DNA from: Octopus bimaculoides
Lineage: Eukaryota
Assembly (NCBI RefSeq): GCF_001194135.2
Contig: NC_068981.1
Span: forward strand, 120,520,843-120,584,842
Length of the DNA stretch: 64,000 bases
Reading direction: 5' to 3'
Shown here piece after piece: positions 38,217-50,894 of this stretch. The notes beneath the pieces were generated by a model. It made no database searches. It saw nothing but the letters and a program-made list of their open reading frames with translations, and was not told where the DNA came from. How positions within the stretch are numbered: position 1 is the first letter of the stretch; each line of letters begins with the position of its first letter. The translations under genes were made by a program, and so were the position numbers.

Positions 38217-40166
38217 GACTACATCATGTATTTTGTCCACTCCCACTTTATTTTTTTAACCCTTTAGCATTCAGATTATTCTATCAAATGTAACATAAAA
38301 CATGAAGAATATTTTGACAAGAAAGCTATTTAGCTTCAAGTGAGGCTTGATTGAACACATCTATGATAGCAGGGTATTATTTGAGGGAGAATTGTCTGCT
38401 ATTTGTAGCTAGTCAATTGTTTGATGATATATAAGAACTTTCTCATTGTTGTGTGAATGTTGGAACAGAATATCAGAGCAGAGAAAGCCTAATGTAATCT
38501 ATATATTTCATATACAACATCATATAATGTTGCCTAACATGATGTACCTTGATGGATGGCCTGTATATTAAACAGTTGTTTAGCCCAAGGGAAACTCTGC
38601 ATGAGCAGACCTATGATCAAGAATACACCAGCCACGACCATCCCATTGTTTTTGAAGTTACAAGGAATCAAGGATAACATTATTTAATGCAGTTTTCTGA
38701 GATGGTAGAATGAAATTTGAGGGAAATATGGCTGCTATTTCTAGCAGGTCACACTGTCATATAGTGACTCCTTGTAACTCCATCATGTCCTTGAGTTTGG
38801 GCACCATGTATTCTGGACTACTTAAGATGGTGAGGTGTTTATTTGAAAAAGAGTTGACTGGTATGTCTTTTATAAACCCACAGAATTTTTTCCTTTTCCC
38901 CTGCTCTTTGCTATAATCTGCCATACTCTCCTTCAACTACAGTGGCCACTTTAGGTCTTCAACCTTGCATATTATAAAGTAATCAAAATTAGAGTTGGTA
39001 CCACAAAAAGTATCTAGTACACTTTGTGAGTGGTAGACATTAGGAATGGCATCCAGCTGTAGAAACTAAGCCAAAGTAGATATTGGTGCATGATGTAGTC
39101 ATCAGACTTGTCAGACCATTCAACCCATGCTGACATGGAAACTGGATATTAAATGACGATGATGGTGATGATGATAGAGTTAAAATGGAACTCCAGTGGA
39201 ATGTGAATTTACAAAACAAAAGCTACATTCAATTATGCATAGTAAAACAGAAAACCCCACCCCAAAACTGAGGACATTAGTGTTGTTCTGTGTTAGCAAA
39301 AGGTAAAACAAATAATTTGGTTTCAAATTTTGGCACAAGGCCAGGAAGTTTGAGGGAGTGGGTAAGTGAATTACATTGACCCCAGTCATCAACTGGTACT
39401 TATTTTATTAGCCATGGAAGGATGAAAAGCAAGGTTGGCCTTGGCGGAATTTGAATTCGGAATGTAAAGACGGATCAATATAAATAATTTAAACAGTGTA
39501 ATAACTTTAATGCAGTAAAGAAAAAGAGAAATCTAATGTTTTGGGTAAAATCTTTATCAGAGAGATCACTCACTGCACATATCAAGGAAACCTCAGTCAC
39601 ACCCTGCACCTAAACAGTACTGAACTAGAATCCTTAAAGCTGCTACAAATACCAGCTCTAATTTCCAGTGAGAATCACTTGTGGTAATAGCACCTCTTCA
39701 ACATAGCAAAGGCTGTATCTCAAAAACTGGCTATCTTATTCAAAGAAAGAAAGCAATTCAGCCACTAAAATCTTTTAACCCCCAACAAAGTTCAGGTGAA
39801 ACCCACAATGAAGTAATGCTCTCACACCTGGGACAGTATTGCAGCTACATATACAGACATACTAGACTACATTCAAAGAAAAGCCACACAGATGATTGTC
39901 AGGAAGTCACTCAACACACTCCAACCTCTGGCCCAAAGATGTGCTGATTCTTATCTGTCTTTTTTACCACTTTTATAGTAGCCTCTGGTCCTCTGTGAAG
40001 GCTAGTCTCATGTCATCTACATTCAGACACTTTCAGGCCATTCATCTCTTTTTCTCTTGTCTTCCATATTGTGTTCTCATTCAGGCCTTTTCCTAAATAT
40101 GACAACCAGTCCTTACCCTCCAGAACATTAATCCTTTGCACATATTTTCCCATAGTTATCAACATA

Positions 40167-40511
40167 CAAAGGTTGGCCAAAAAGTTCATAGGCTAACCAT
40201 AGAATGTGACTTTCAACATTGTCCCTCTTGTAATTCACACACTTCTTCCATCAGTGTGCAGAGCTTGGCACCCATTGGTGGAGAAGCTTTCATCCTGTTG
40301 CGCAAAAAAGTTATCAACAGTGGATATGATGTCATCCTAACTGTGACACTGGTTCCCAGTCAAGCGCTTTTTCATGTTGGGGAACAGGTGATAGACACAT
40401 GGGGCCAAATCAAGAGAGCAGGGAGGGTGATTAACCAGTTCAAAATCACAATAATGTACAGTAGCCGTTGAAAGCAAGGACTTGTGCGCTGAAGCATTGT
40501 CTTGGTCAACC
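40167..40511 (-). pseudogene. mariner transposase C-terminal fragment with a TIR
   Basis: Minus strand QDNASAHKS...NHPPCSLDLAPCVYHLFPNMKK; TA|caaaggttggccaaaaagttc end. Confidence 0.8.
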
Positions 40512-40755
40512 AGGGTTTATGTCAAGTGTATTAAAAACAATGACAGCAAAATCAACAAAATGGCTCATTTGTGATATTGCATTTTGTTCATGAAAACTTT
40601 TGTGCTTCAATTATTAAAATGCCAAAAATATTTTGCTTTACAATCATAAATGTAAACAAATGAACAGTCTTTACATCAATAAAAATGAAAACAGACAAAA
40701 AGAAAACAAACCACACACATTCATACAGATGCATGTGTGTGTGTGCATATATATA

Positions 40756-41995
40756 CTGGGTGCGGTGAATAAATTGTCATCTAAATTATGCAAAAATGAA
40801 AACAACACTGACATCTCATTTTAACAGATACATTTACCAAAATTACATAAAAATATCTTGAAATATTAAAGAGTAAATTTATTCAATAGAATTGCCATTG
40901 GCTTCAACTGCGATCTTCAGATGACTTCGGAATCTTCTGCAACTCTCCAGGACAGTCTCCTTGTTTAAGTTGGTGAACGCTGCCATTATCCTTGCCTTCA
41001 GTTCATCTTTGGAGTTTTGTTGGTCTCTCACACAACTGCGCCCCACACATAATAATCAAGGAGGTTGCAGTCTGGGGAGTTGGGTGGCCAGATGTTAGGG
41101 ATGATGTGGTCGTAGAAACTGTCTGACATCCATGACTGGGTCCTCCTGCTTGTGTGGCATGGTGCAGAGTCCTGTTACCAGACACAGGGTCTTCCAACAG
41201 CCACCATTTTGACCCAGGGCAGCACTACTTCCTCCAGGCACTTGATGTAGGCTTCCGTGTTGAGTTGGAGGCCGTGTGGGAAGATGAATGGAGGCATAAC
41301 ATTGCCATCACTAGTGATCACTCCAAACACCATGATGTTGACTAGATGTTTGATTTTTATCACTCTCAGTACATGTTTTGGGGACAAAGCAAGCTAACAG
41401 TTGTTCTGTGTGTTCATCATCTGATCCTGGCAAAAATGTTTCTCATTTGAGAAAAACCAAAGCATGTTTGGCTGGAGGGGATGCTTGTCCTTTATGGCTT
41501 GGGATAAAAATTGGCCCTTTCTCATCCTGTACGAAGTGTGCAGAATGTCTCTGCTAAGAAACTCAGACACTCCCATGTCTTTGGCGATGGACCTGATTGA
41601 CTTGTAGGGATTGATGTCAATCATGGCCTGGATATCCCCAACAAATTCAGAAGATCTTTTCTCATCAGAAAGATCAGAGTGAGTTTTCAGAACTTCTACA
41701 TCTTCATAATCACCATTAGACTCATCCAACTCTTTCTGAATCCTTTGCACTGTCTTCAGATTGACACCCAAACACTCTGAAATGGTCATATTGAAGCTTC
41801 CGTTGCAAATGCCAAGCAGTACAACATGTCGTCTCCAAATTTCTGGCAGAGTGAATTGTGTCATGGTGATTTTTCTCACAGATGGTGCCCAACTGACCCT
41901 ACTATAATGCGTAGTCGACAAAATCAAAAACAAATAATGTACTTGCACGAAATTAAAAATATAAAATGGTGACAAAATTTACCCATCGCACCCTG
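40756..41995 (-). mobile_element. Full-length maT/DD37D Tc1-mariner transposon (1240 bp), transposase pseudogenised
   Basis: About 26-bp imperfect TIRs (CAGGGTGCGATGGGTAAATT / CTGGGTGCGGTGAATAAATT), TA on both sides; WFFSNEK (first D mutated to N), W*QDSAPCH...PNSPDCNLLDY with 37 residues between D2 and D3. Confidence 0.92.
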
Positions 41996-42002
41996 TATAT
42001 TG

Positions 42003-42237
42003 TGAAGGCATGTGGCCAGATTATGAATTTCATTCCCTGACTGGGCAGCACATTGTGTTCTTGAGCAAAACTCTTCATTTCACATTGGTCCAGTTCCCCT
42101 TCGATCAGTGGGGGATCGTTGGCCTGCTCACCTATACAGCAGGGTGGTGTCATTTGAAGGCTAAAACAATGCAAAAGCGCATTGTGACTAGCGATGTGTA
42201 ACAACATCTGATAGCCTGGTTGGTCACGTGTGATCAT
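42003..42237 (+). mobile_element. Family-C SINE
   Basis: cattgtgttcttgagcaaaactcttcatttcac core; tail ggtcacgtgtgatcatgta. Confidence 0.7.
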
Positions 42238-42238
42238 G

Positions 42239-42268
<30 letters not shown>

Positions 42269-42273
<5 letters not shown>

Positions 42274-42736
42274 CCAAGAGAGTTAGGGGTTGAGGATCCA
42301 ACCCACTAAGGGATAATATCTATCCAATATACCGCTGGGAGGGTACCCAATTATTGTTACACTAGTGTTATACCAAGTGCAATAAGTGGGTGCGGGTAAA
42401 AGGGAGTTTTTACTCTAAATTTATATAGCAATAAGAAAATGGAGTGGAATATGAGGTACTCATCAACTTGCAGACACTGTACTCTGTTGATTAATCTGTT
42501 TATTTTATAACCAAAAGAACAATAAAGACAATATACAGCTGTAAGATTTTGTCCCTTCTCCGATTGCTAGATGTCCTTTAAATTTGTAATCTTAATTGTT
42601 GCTATGACATAGTATGTCATAAGTGTCTGTATATTGTCTTTATTGTCATTTTGGTTATAAAATAAACAGATTAATCAACAGAGTACAGTGTCTGCAAGTT
42701 GATGAGTACCTCATATTCCCCTCCATTTTCTTATTG

Positions 42737-42737
<1 letters not shown>
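42269..42737. mobile_element. Asymmetric fold-back element, copy B (opposite orientation to copy A)
   Basis: Extension 42269-42427, arms 42428-42538 and 42628-42737 (about 3 mismatches), about 89-nt spacer; (TA)n on both flanks. Confidence 0.85.
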
Positions 42738-42785
<48 letters not shown>

Positions 42786-43149
42786 CGCACATACATATAT
42801 ATTATTCTCATACAAGAATGTTAATAGTGACTTTGAAGCTTTGGCCAACTAAGTCAAACTCAGAGTTACCCATCAGATTAATGTAAAATTGCTCTTATTA
42901 TAACTAAGCATAAAAACAAACATTAATATATAAGAGTGTGTGTGTGTGTGTGTATACAGAAATATGGCAATGCAATAAAAGATGTAATAACAAATCTAGG
43001 TAAGACATTCTGGCGAAAGAGAAACATGGAATAGAAAAAGAAAAAAGGGGAAAAATGAATGGAAAATTCTCCTCAAAGTATAAAGAAATTATATCTAGGC
43101 TAAATATTTGAATGTTAATCACATCCAATTTGATTGATTGAATGCGACT

Positions 43150-43478
43150 ATCTTTTCGAAAAAAGAGAGAAGGAAGATAGAAATTAGAAAGAAAGTGAAA
43201 GAGAAGGAAAACAGAGAGAAGGTGGGAGCAGAAAGAGAGAGGGTATAGGATTGGGAAGAAGGTGTGAGAGAGAAGGAGAGAAAAGGAGGGGTATTGAGAA
43301 GAGGATAGAAACTAGAAAGAAGCATAGATAGACAGATAGATAAATAAATAAATAGATAGATAGATAAAGAGAGAGATTGGGAAGAAGATGTGAGAGGGAA
43401 GGAGGTCAGAAACTAGAAAGAAGTAATGATAGACAGACAGAGAGATCGATAGTTAAATAGATAGATAGACAAAGATAG

Positions 43479-43573
<95 letters not shown>

Positions 43574-43760
43574 AGATAGAGATCAGAAATAAAGAAGAAA
43601 GAAGGCTGGTGGTGATAGAGGTAGATGGTGTTTAGACAGAAAGAGAAACAGAGAGAAAGAAAAGGAGATGAGTGGGGTGGGGGATGATGTCTGGAGGAAA
43701 AGAAAGAACAAAAAGAAGATAAAAAAAACAAACTAATAAAACAGACAAAAAGAAAACAGG
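43150..43760. repeat. Purine-rich low-complexity region with (GATA)n and (GA)n
   Basis: Directly visible. Confidence 0.9.
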
Positions 43761-43980
43761 CCCCAGACAATTTTTGGATGTCAAGAATGGCTATGTCACA
43801 TAATTTAATGAATTTTAATTACCCTTTAATGACAAACATGATGTTTGTAGATTAATATTTTTCAACTTGTGGTTTTACAGCACTGTGAAGTCGATCAGTC
43901 CATCTAATTACATTCTGACAAATGAATCACTTTTATCTCTAACAACCGATCAATTTCTTTGAAAGAACAAATAAATAAAT

Positions 43981-44198
43981 AATCCTTTCTGCTATAGGCA
44001 CAAGGCCTGAAATTTTTGGGGAAGGGGCAAGTCGATTAGATTGACCCTAGTACATAACTGGTACTTAATTTATCAACCCCAAAAGGATGAAAGACAAAGT
44101 CGATCTTGGTGGAATTTGAACTCAGAACTTGGTGGCAGATGAAATACCACTAAGCATTTTATCCAGTGTGCAAACAATTTTGCCAGCTTGCTGCTTTA

Positions 44199-44244
<46 letters not shown>

Positions 44245-44440
44245 GTAACAATAATCCTTTCTGTTATAGGCACAAGGCCTGAACTTTATGGGAGGAGAAT
44301 AGTCAATTACATTGGTCCCAGTGCTCAACTGGTACCTATTTTATTGAGCCCAAAAGGATGAAAGGCAGAACGTAAACACAGATGAAATGTCGCTAAGCAT
44401 TTTGCCAGGTGGACTACTGATTCTGCCAACTCACTGTCTT
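43981..44440 (-). mobile_element. Two tandem family-B SINEs separated by (AAT)n
   Basis: Two ataggcacaaggcctgaa...gccagct units. Confidence 0.8.
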
Positions 44441-44510
44441 AATAATAAGTACCATATATATATATATATATATATATACATACACACACACACACACATA
44501 TATATGTATA

Positions 44511-45765
44511 TTAGGTCAGCCTATAAATAATGTGATTTTTTTCAATTGCATGAACTAAAAATCGGAGGGGGACAAGATAAACTACTTGCATCAACTTGCT
44601 ATAAAAGCAGGTAGTAATTTTACCTTGTTCTTTTTCTTAGTGCAAGTTTTGAAGAGTGCAGTTCGAATTTAACAGTTAATTTTTCAAAGCTATAATAGAA
44701 GTGACAAAGGAGCATATTTGGCATATTTTGCTTTATGAGTTCAATAAATGCAACAATGAAACAAAAAGTGTGAGGAATATTAATGCAGTATATGGGGATC
44801 AGACAATAAGCGTAAGCCAGTGTCAATGGTGGTTCTAGAAATTCCGAGCTGGAAATGACAGCCTAAAAGATGAGTCTCATCCTAGAAGGTCTGTAGAGCT
44901 TGATGAGGACATCCTGCAAACCCTGGTGGAAAAAAATTCCATAGTAACTGTTGCGGAACTAGCAGAAAAGCTTGGATTTGGTCATTCAACCATTCATTGA
45001 CACCTGTGTGCCATTGCAAATTGGCCCAATGGGTCTAATCGCATACAGAGAGTGAATGTGTGCTCTTCTTTGCTGTCACATATCATGGACGAACCATTTT
45101 GAACTGAATAGTGACTGGTGATGAGAAAGGGGTTCTCTATAAAAATGTGAAGCACTGAAGACAGTGGGTAGGGAAAGGGGGAACAACGGCACCCCAGGCT
45201 AAAGAAAGTCTTCATCCATGTAATGTGTTATCTGTTCAGTGGAATATGAAAGGTTTAGTCCACTTTGAACTTTTAAACACAAACCAAACAATAACAAAGG
45301 AAATTGACTGCGAGCAGCATCAGCGACTTATGTCAGTGCTTGAAGTAAAACGACCATCTTTGGTTTCGAGACGAAAGGTGTTCTTCCATCAGGATAATGC
45401 TTGGCCACATACAGTGAGGATGACATTCCAAAGGCTGGAGCAGTTTGAATGGGAAACGATGCCACACCCACCATATTCACCAGACATTGCCCCATCTGAT
45501 TACCATTTATTCCAGACTTCAAAATCATTTGGACAGAAAAAATATGAATTCTGTAAATGAGGTCAGAACAGTCATGAAGCTGTATTTTTAGTCAAGGACA
45601 AGTGAATTTTGGAAGTGAGGCCTTGCAAGTCTACCAGATAGATGGAAGAACATTATAGAAAATGAAGGAGAGTTTATTTTAGATTAAAAAAAAAAAACTT
45701 TGTTTATCTTAATTTTGAAAAATAAAAGAAGTATAAAAAAGCCGCATTATTTATTGAATGACCCA

Positions 45766-45766
<1 letters not shown>
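44511..45766 (+). mobile_element. Full-length mariner (DD34D) transposon (1256 bp), transposase pseudogenised
   Basis: Imperfect TIRs TTAGGTCAGCCTATAAATAATG / CTGGGTCATTCAATAAATAATG flanked by TA; VTGDEK, HQDNAWPH, HPPYSPDIAPSDYHLF with 34-residue spacing; several stops and frameshifts. Confidence 0.92.
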
Positions 45767-45818
<52 letters not shown>

Positions 45819-46032
45819 TATAGAAACATACAAATATGTATATAAAGCAAAAAACCATGAGGATGTCTTGGTCATTGACTGAGAAGGAAATCTACTGTGA
45901 ATTTTTTGTGTCTCATGTTTTTGTCTAATTTTCCGTTTGTTATGTTTCTGTCTAGTTTTCTGTTTGCTGTGCTTTCGTCTAATTTTTCTTTTTGTTGTGT
46001 TCTTTCTGTTCAACCCTTGAAATATATACACA

Positions 46033-46343
46033 CATGGCACCTTGGGCAAGTGTCTTCTACTATAGCCTTGAGCCAACCAAAGCCTTGTGAGTGGAATTGG
46101 TAGATTGAAACTGAAAGAAGCCCGTCGTATATGTGCGTGTTTGTCCCCCAACATTGCTTGACAACCTATTTGCTGTGTTTATGTCCCCGTAACTTAGCGG
46201 TTCGACAAGAGAGACCGATAGAATAAGCACTAGGCTTACAAGGAATACGTCTTGGGGTCGATTTGCTCAACTAAAGGCGGTGCTCCAGCAGGGCTGCAGT
46301 CAAATGACTTAAGCAAGTAAATAAATAAATAAAATAAAAGAAT
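46033..46343 (+). mobile_element. Family-A SINE lacking its 5' head
   Basis: Starts at tggcaccttgggcaagtg; tail aagcaagtaa. Confidence 0.85.
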
Positions 46344-49324
46344 ACATATGTGTGTGTGTGTGTTTATGTGTATGTGTGTTAGTGTGTCATGTCAAGACAA
46401 GGATACAAAACATCATGAGATAGTTGCAAACAACATTATTTGATAGTTGCAAATGAGCACCACTGCTGTTCAAATAATATCTTTCATTTCCAATGTTCTA
46501 TGTCCAGCTATGGAGAATATATCACTTTATTTGGAAACAAGATAGCAACAAGAAGGGTATCTAGCCACAGAAAACCTGCTTCACTGAATTCGATCTGATC
46601 CATACGAGCATGGAAAAGTGGACATTAAAAGAATGACGATGAGGACAATATTATTTCAGCAGTGATTAATCATTTCTAAGATTACATTTTTCACCGGATC
46701 TATCCTTTTATTTTAAGCTAATTGAGTGTGAATTGATGGCTGCAACTTTGAAAAAGCTGAATGACCACATAGAATAATGATTAGTTGGTTGTTTGTTTAT
46801 TTCCAAATAAACCCTGATTAAACATTCCTGCTATGTCCATCTCATCTTTTTCTTCTTTTTTTTTTCAAGACTTTGATTACATTATTCAATATATCTTCTT
46901 TTAAAATTAATTAAAATGTGATTTGAAGGAAAGATTTAGCTGTTATATCTAGCAAGACAAGCAACCATGCTTCTTGGTTCATGATTCTGAGACTGACAGC
47001 TATAGATAAAGTACAGTCCATTGGTTAAGAAGTTCACTTTGTGATCATGAGGCTCCAGGTTTGATCCTAGCAATGATATCTAAAGCAAGTGGTTTAGGTT
47101 AACCCAAGTCTTCCTTGGGAATGAAATTGGGCACCATGGAAGTTAGATGGATGGCAGCTGAATTCAAACATCCAGCTTTGACACATAGCATGCCATGCTT
47201 ACTCTGTGTGAAGACTGTGTTAAGAATAGACATGCCTATTGAATACTTACATGCTTATTCAATGAGCAAGTAATTCAGTTCACCAAACAACTGGAAACTC
47301 GTGGGTGGAAATCCTGTTTGAGCAGTGGTATGCTGTGTGGGGATGGACATATCAAAGGATAGATTCAATGTTTCCTCTGTGTGTTGTAAAAGGTGACTAA
47401 AAGAGATTGAGGTAAAATTTGCCCTTTGACCTCGTAAAACCCTCAGCAGCAACGACTACTTAAAAAGACCCATGGGTCAGAGGGTTGTTGCCTGAGTGGT
47501 GCAAAAGTGTCATCTGCCAAGAGCAGGGTATCACCAACAAATGTTGGATGCAGTGAATGTGCTGTCACAGCACATGCCCCACCACCTCATACAACTACTA
47601 CCATTAGTGGTGGCAGATTTCTTTTCCACAGGTAAAGATCAATACATAGCTATTTAGCAGTGTAACTTATGAGTGATTAATAAATTTTAATATAGAATAG
47701 ACTCTCATATTCTGGACAGCACACACAGCTCATAACAAGTAACAAGGGCTCAAGGCAGAGATGAATGGATAATCTAAGTTTGATAATGAGTAATGGAGAG
47801 ATTCTTACTCAATGCTTTCTTTGTAGGTCTATAATAGAATGTAAACACCCTACTGACAGCTAAGGAAAAATCCAATTTTGTTTTGTTCTTTTTTCATGCT
47901 AAAAAAGAAATCCTAATAACAATTTGAAAACAGTGAATACCAGTCTCTTAAAATAAATTATTATTAAATTTTATTAAAAGGCACCTTAACTTAGGGAACT
48001 TCAGAAATTCCAAGGAAACAAGAAGTTTTCATGGAACTTGGGGAGCACTTTGGAACCGTCTTCAGTTCAATTCTCATCCAAAGTTGTCAAAAAGGCCCTC
48101 ACGAGGCCTAATTACTCAATGAAACTAAATATGTTTTTCTTTACTGTTTCTTTTAAATCATTTGTTAATATGTAGGGTATAACTTTGTAAATTTCAATTC
48201 TGAAAATTCTTTTCTTGTCAAGGCAAATGTTTTGATGTGAACTTGGCAAGAACATGCAGTGGCAATACACCAGCATGGTGATGACACTGTAGTTGAAGCT
48301 AGAGAAAAATACTTCTTGTCCTTTTTTTCAGTCAATCATTCTGCTGTGAAATAGGTGTCACATCTATTGTGTGTTTGAGGAAATCAAAATACTCATAAAC
48401 TGTTTGGATCAGAAGTAATTAAACTGTAGGCTTCTTAACTGTTAAGTCTAGCAGGAAGTTTGTAGACAGCCTGTTGAATTATGCTAACAGCAGGTTGCTG
48501 CACATTAAAGATATGAGTTAGGTGACTGTATTTAATTATGAAGAGAAAGACTTAAATGAGAATGTGGTATAATGTCTTACAATTGAAGAAACAAAGAGGT
48601 AAATGTCTTCCAGGTAAGTAAGTGAGCTTCTCTGCTGTATGGCATTGCCTTAAGGAGAAATCATAAAACTCATACAGATCATGTTACTGGGCCCACTCAA
48701 CTGTCTTGCCTGTGATGCTAACAATGTTAACAACAACAAAATACCATACTTTCTATCACAAATAATAATACAGATATCACTATATATATTTGATAGCATG
48801 GAAATTTGGTTGATGGATGTAACCAAAAATACGGTTCCATTATCTGTATTAGAAACCATATAGGCATAATTTCACCATATCCATTTATTGATGTAGACTC
48901 ATCATCATCATTTAATGTCTGTTTTCCATGCTGATAGAAGCTGGCCAGCTGAAGAGCTGCCCAGGCTCCATGTCTGCTTTGGCATGGTTTCTATAGATGG
49001 ATGCCCTTCCTAATGTCAACCACTTTACAGAGTCTACTGGGTGCTTTTACACAGCTCTGGCATGGGTGCCTTTATGTGGTACAGGTATGGGTGTTTTTTA
49101 TATGACACAAACACCTACGAGCCAAGATTAGGATTGCTCAGGCTTGTGGCTGCTGGAATATGTATGGAAATGACTTACAAAAGTAAAGTTGTACTCCTTA
49201 ACATCAATGTTAATAAATAGAGTTTTTCTCCTATCTCTGGCAAGTAGTAAGGAATACTTAACCAAGAATAACCTGGAGAGACATCCAGTCCAACTTAACC
49301 AAGACCAGTTATGATTTCCCACTA

Positions 49325-49575
49325 TCATCATCATCATCGTCATTTAACGTCCGCTTTCCATGCTAGCATGGGTTGGACGATTTGACTGAGAACTGGTGAA
49401 ACCAGATGGCTACACCAGGCTCCAATCTGATTTGGCAGAGTTTCTACAGCTGGATGCCCTTCCTAACGCCAACCACTCAGAGAGTGTAGTGGGTGCTTTT
49501 ACGTGTCACCCGCACGAAGGCCAGTCAGGCGGTACTGGCAACGGCCACGCTCAAAATGGTGTATTTTATGTGCCG
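49325..49575 (-). mobile_element. Young RTE 3' tail
   Basis: Near-identical to the reverse complement of 16420-16655; one GCCAGT-ACTGGC unit. Confidence 0.85.
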
Positions 49576-49878
49576 ATTACTGATATTAATAAGTCACAGC
49601 TAATGAATACTGGCTTTGTTAGATTAAACTAATTTAGCTCCCTTCAGATAATAGCAAAAGAATCATGATTATGCATGCAGTTAAAGTCCAGTCTCAAAGT
49701 TACTTTAAAAAGAAAACAAAAAAAAAAAGAATTGGCAGATAATTTTAAAAAACAGATGAAAGGCAGTGTGAATGGAATCAGAATTGCTGGACAATGTTGT
49801 CAACTTTTTTATTGTGTGTTTGTATAGGTGGAGCAGGGTGGGAGTAGAAGCAGACAAAATTAGCCACTTATTAGATAA

Positions 49879-50307
49879 CACTGTGTAACACGATTTTTGT
49901 TATTTCCCATTTGCTTGCTCCTAGAAAGTATGAAAACGGCTAATATTTCCTTCAAACTTTGCTTTTGTTACATTTATTCAAACCCCTAAGAATCCCTCCC
50001 ACCACATGGCTATGATGCTATCCCACTACTCCTGCTCATGATCAACTGGTTAAGGTCAAGCAAATGCCAAGCAAGTCTGTGATATGGAGCAGAATATTTG
50101 CTATAACGATATTTCTGCTTCAACAACTCAATGTTGAATCTGTCTGAAATGTAATGGAAAATAGGTCAGTTTGAAAACATTGATGTCCAGGTCACAAAAG
50201 CAAAATTTGAAGGGAATAGTAGTCATTTCCTTTGATTTCTGGACAAGGAAATAGGAAATAACACCTACTGACCAAAGACAAAAAAATAAAAAATTTGTTA
50301 CACAGTA
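49879..50307. mobile_element. Long-TIR MITE (Tc1/mariner-like CACTGTGTAAC ends)
   Basis: cactgtgtaac...ttcaaactttgcttttgt / caaaagcaaaatttgaagg...gttacacagt imperfect inverted ends. Confidence 0.7.
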
Positions 50308-50562
50308 TAATTGTATCACTGCATTCTCATCGTGTTGATGACATTAGTCTTGGAATTATAATATCCTCATACTAACAGTCAAAGGGATGAAGAATGTACT
50401 ACATATACAACACAAAGAAATTTCCATCAACAACAGTATCAAAATCATTATTGACAATTCCTTCAGACATCCTAAAAGGAGAGTAAATAAACTACAAGAT
50501 ACTGTGTTATGGAGAGAAAACATAACCACTAATGGTAAATCAAAACTTTGCATACTCTACAT

Positions 50563-50841
50563 CAGGGGTTTTCAAACTGTGGTCCGCAAGGACAAGAAAG
50601 GGGGTCCTTGGACAGCAAATACTTTTTATGGGCAATTTGATTTTATACATGTTTTTTAATTGAAATCTTTTAATTGACAATAAACCTATTTGTTAAATAC
50701 TGTTAAATAAATAAATGTAAAAATATATGTTATTTTAAGCAAATATTTATGTATACATTTCATAAGCGTTTATAAGGGGGTCTCTAAGGTAAAGCCTGAA
50801 ATATAAAGGGGTCCGCAAGTCAAAAAGTTTGAAAACCCCTG
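50563..50841. mobile_element. hAT MITE, young
   Basis: Perfect 16-bp TIR CAGGGGTTTTCAAACT; perfect TSD CTCTACAT. Confidence 0.93.
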
Positions 50842-50894
50842 CTCTACATGCATTATAGAAAATCTGTGGCAAACCAATGATGATAATAATAATA

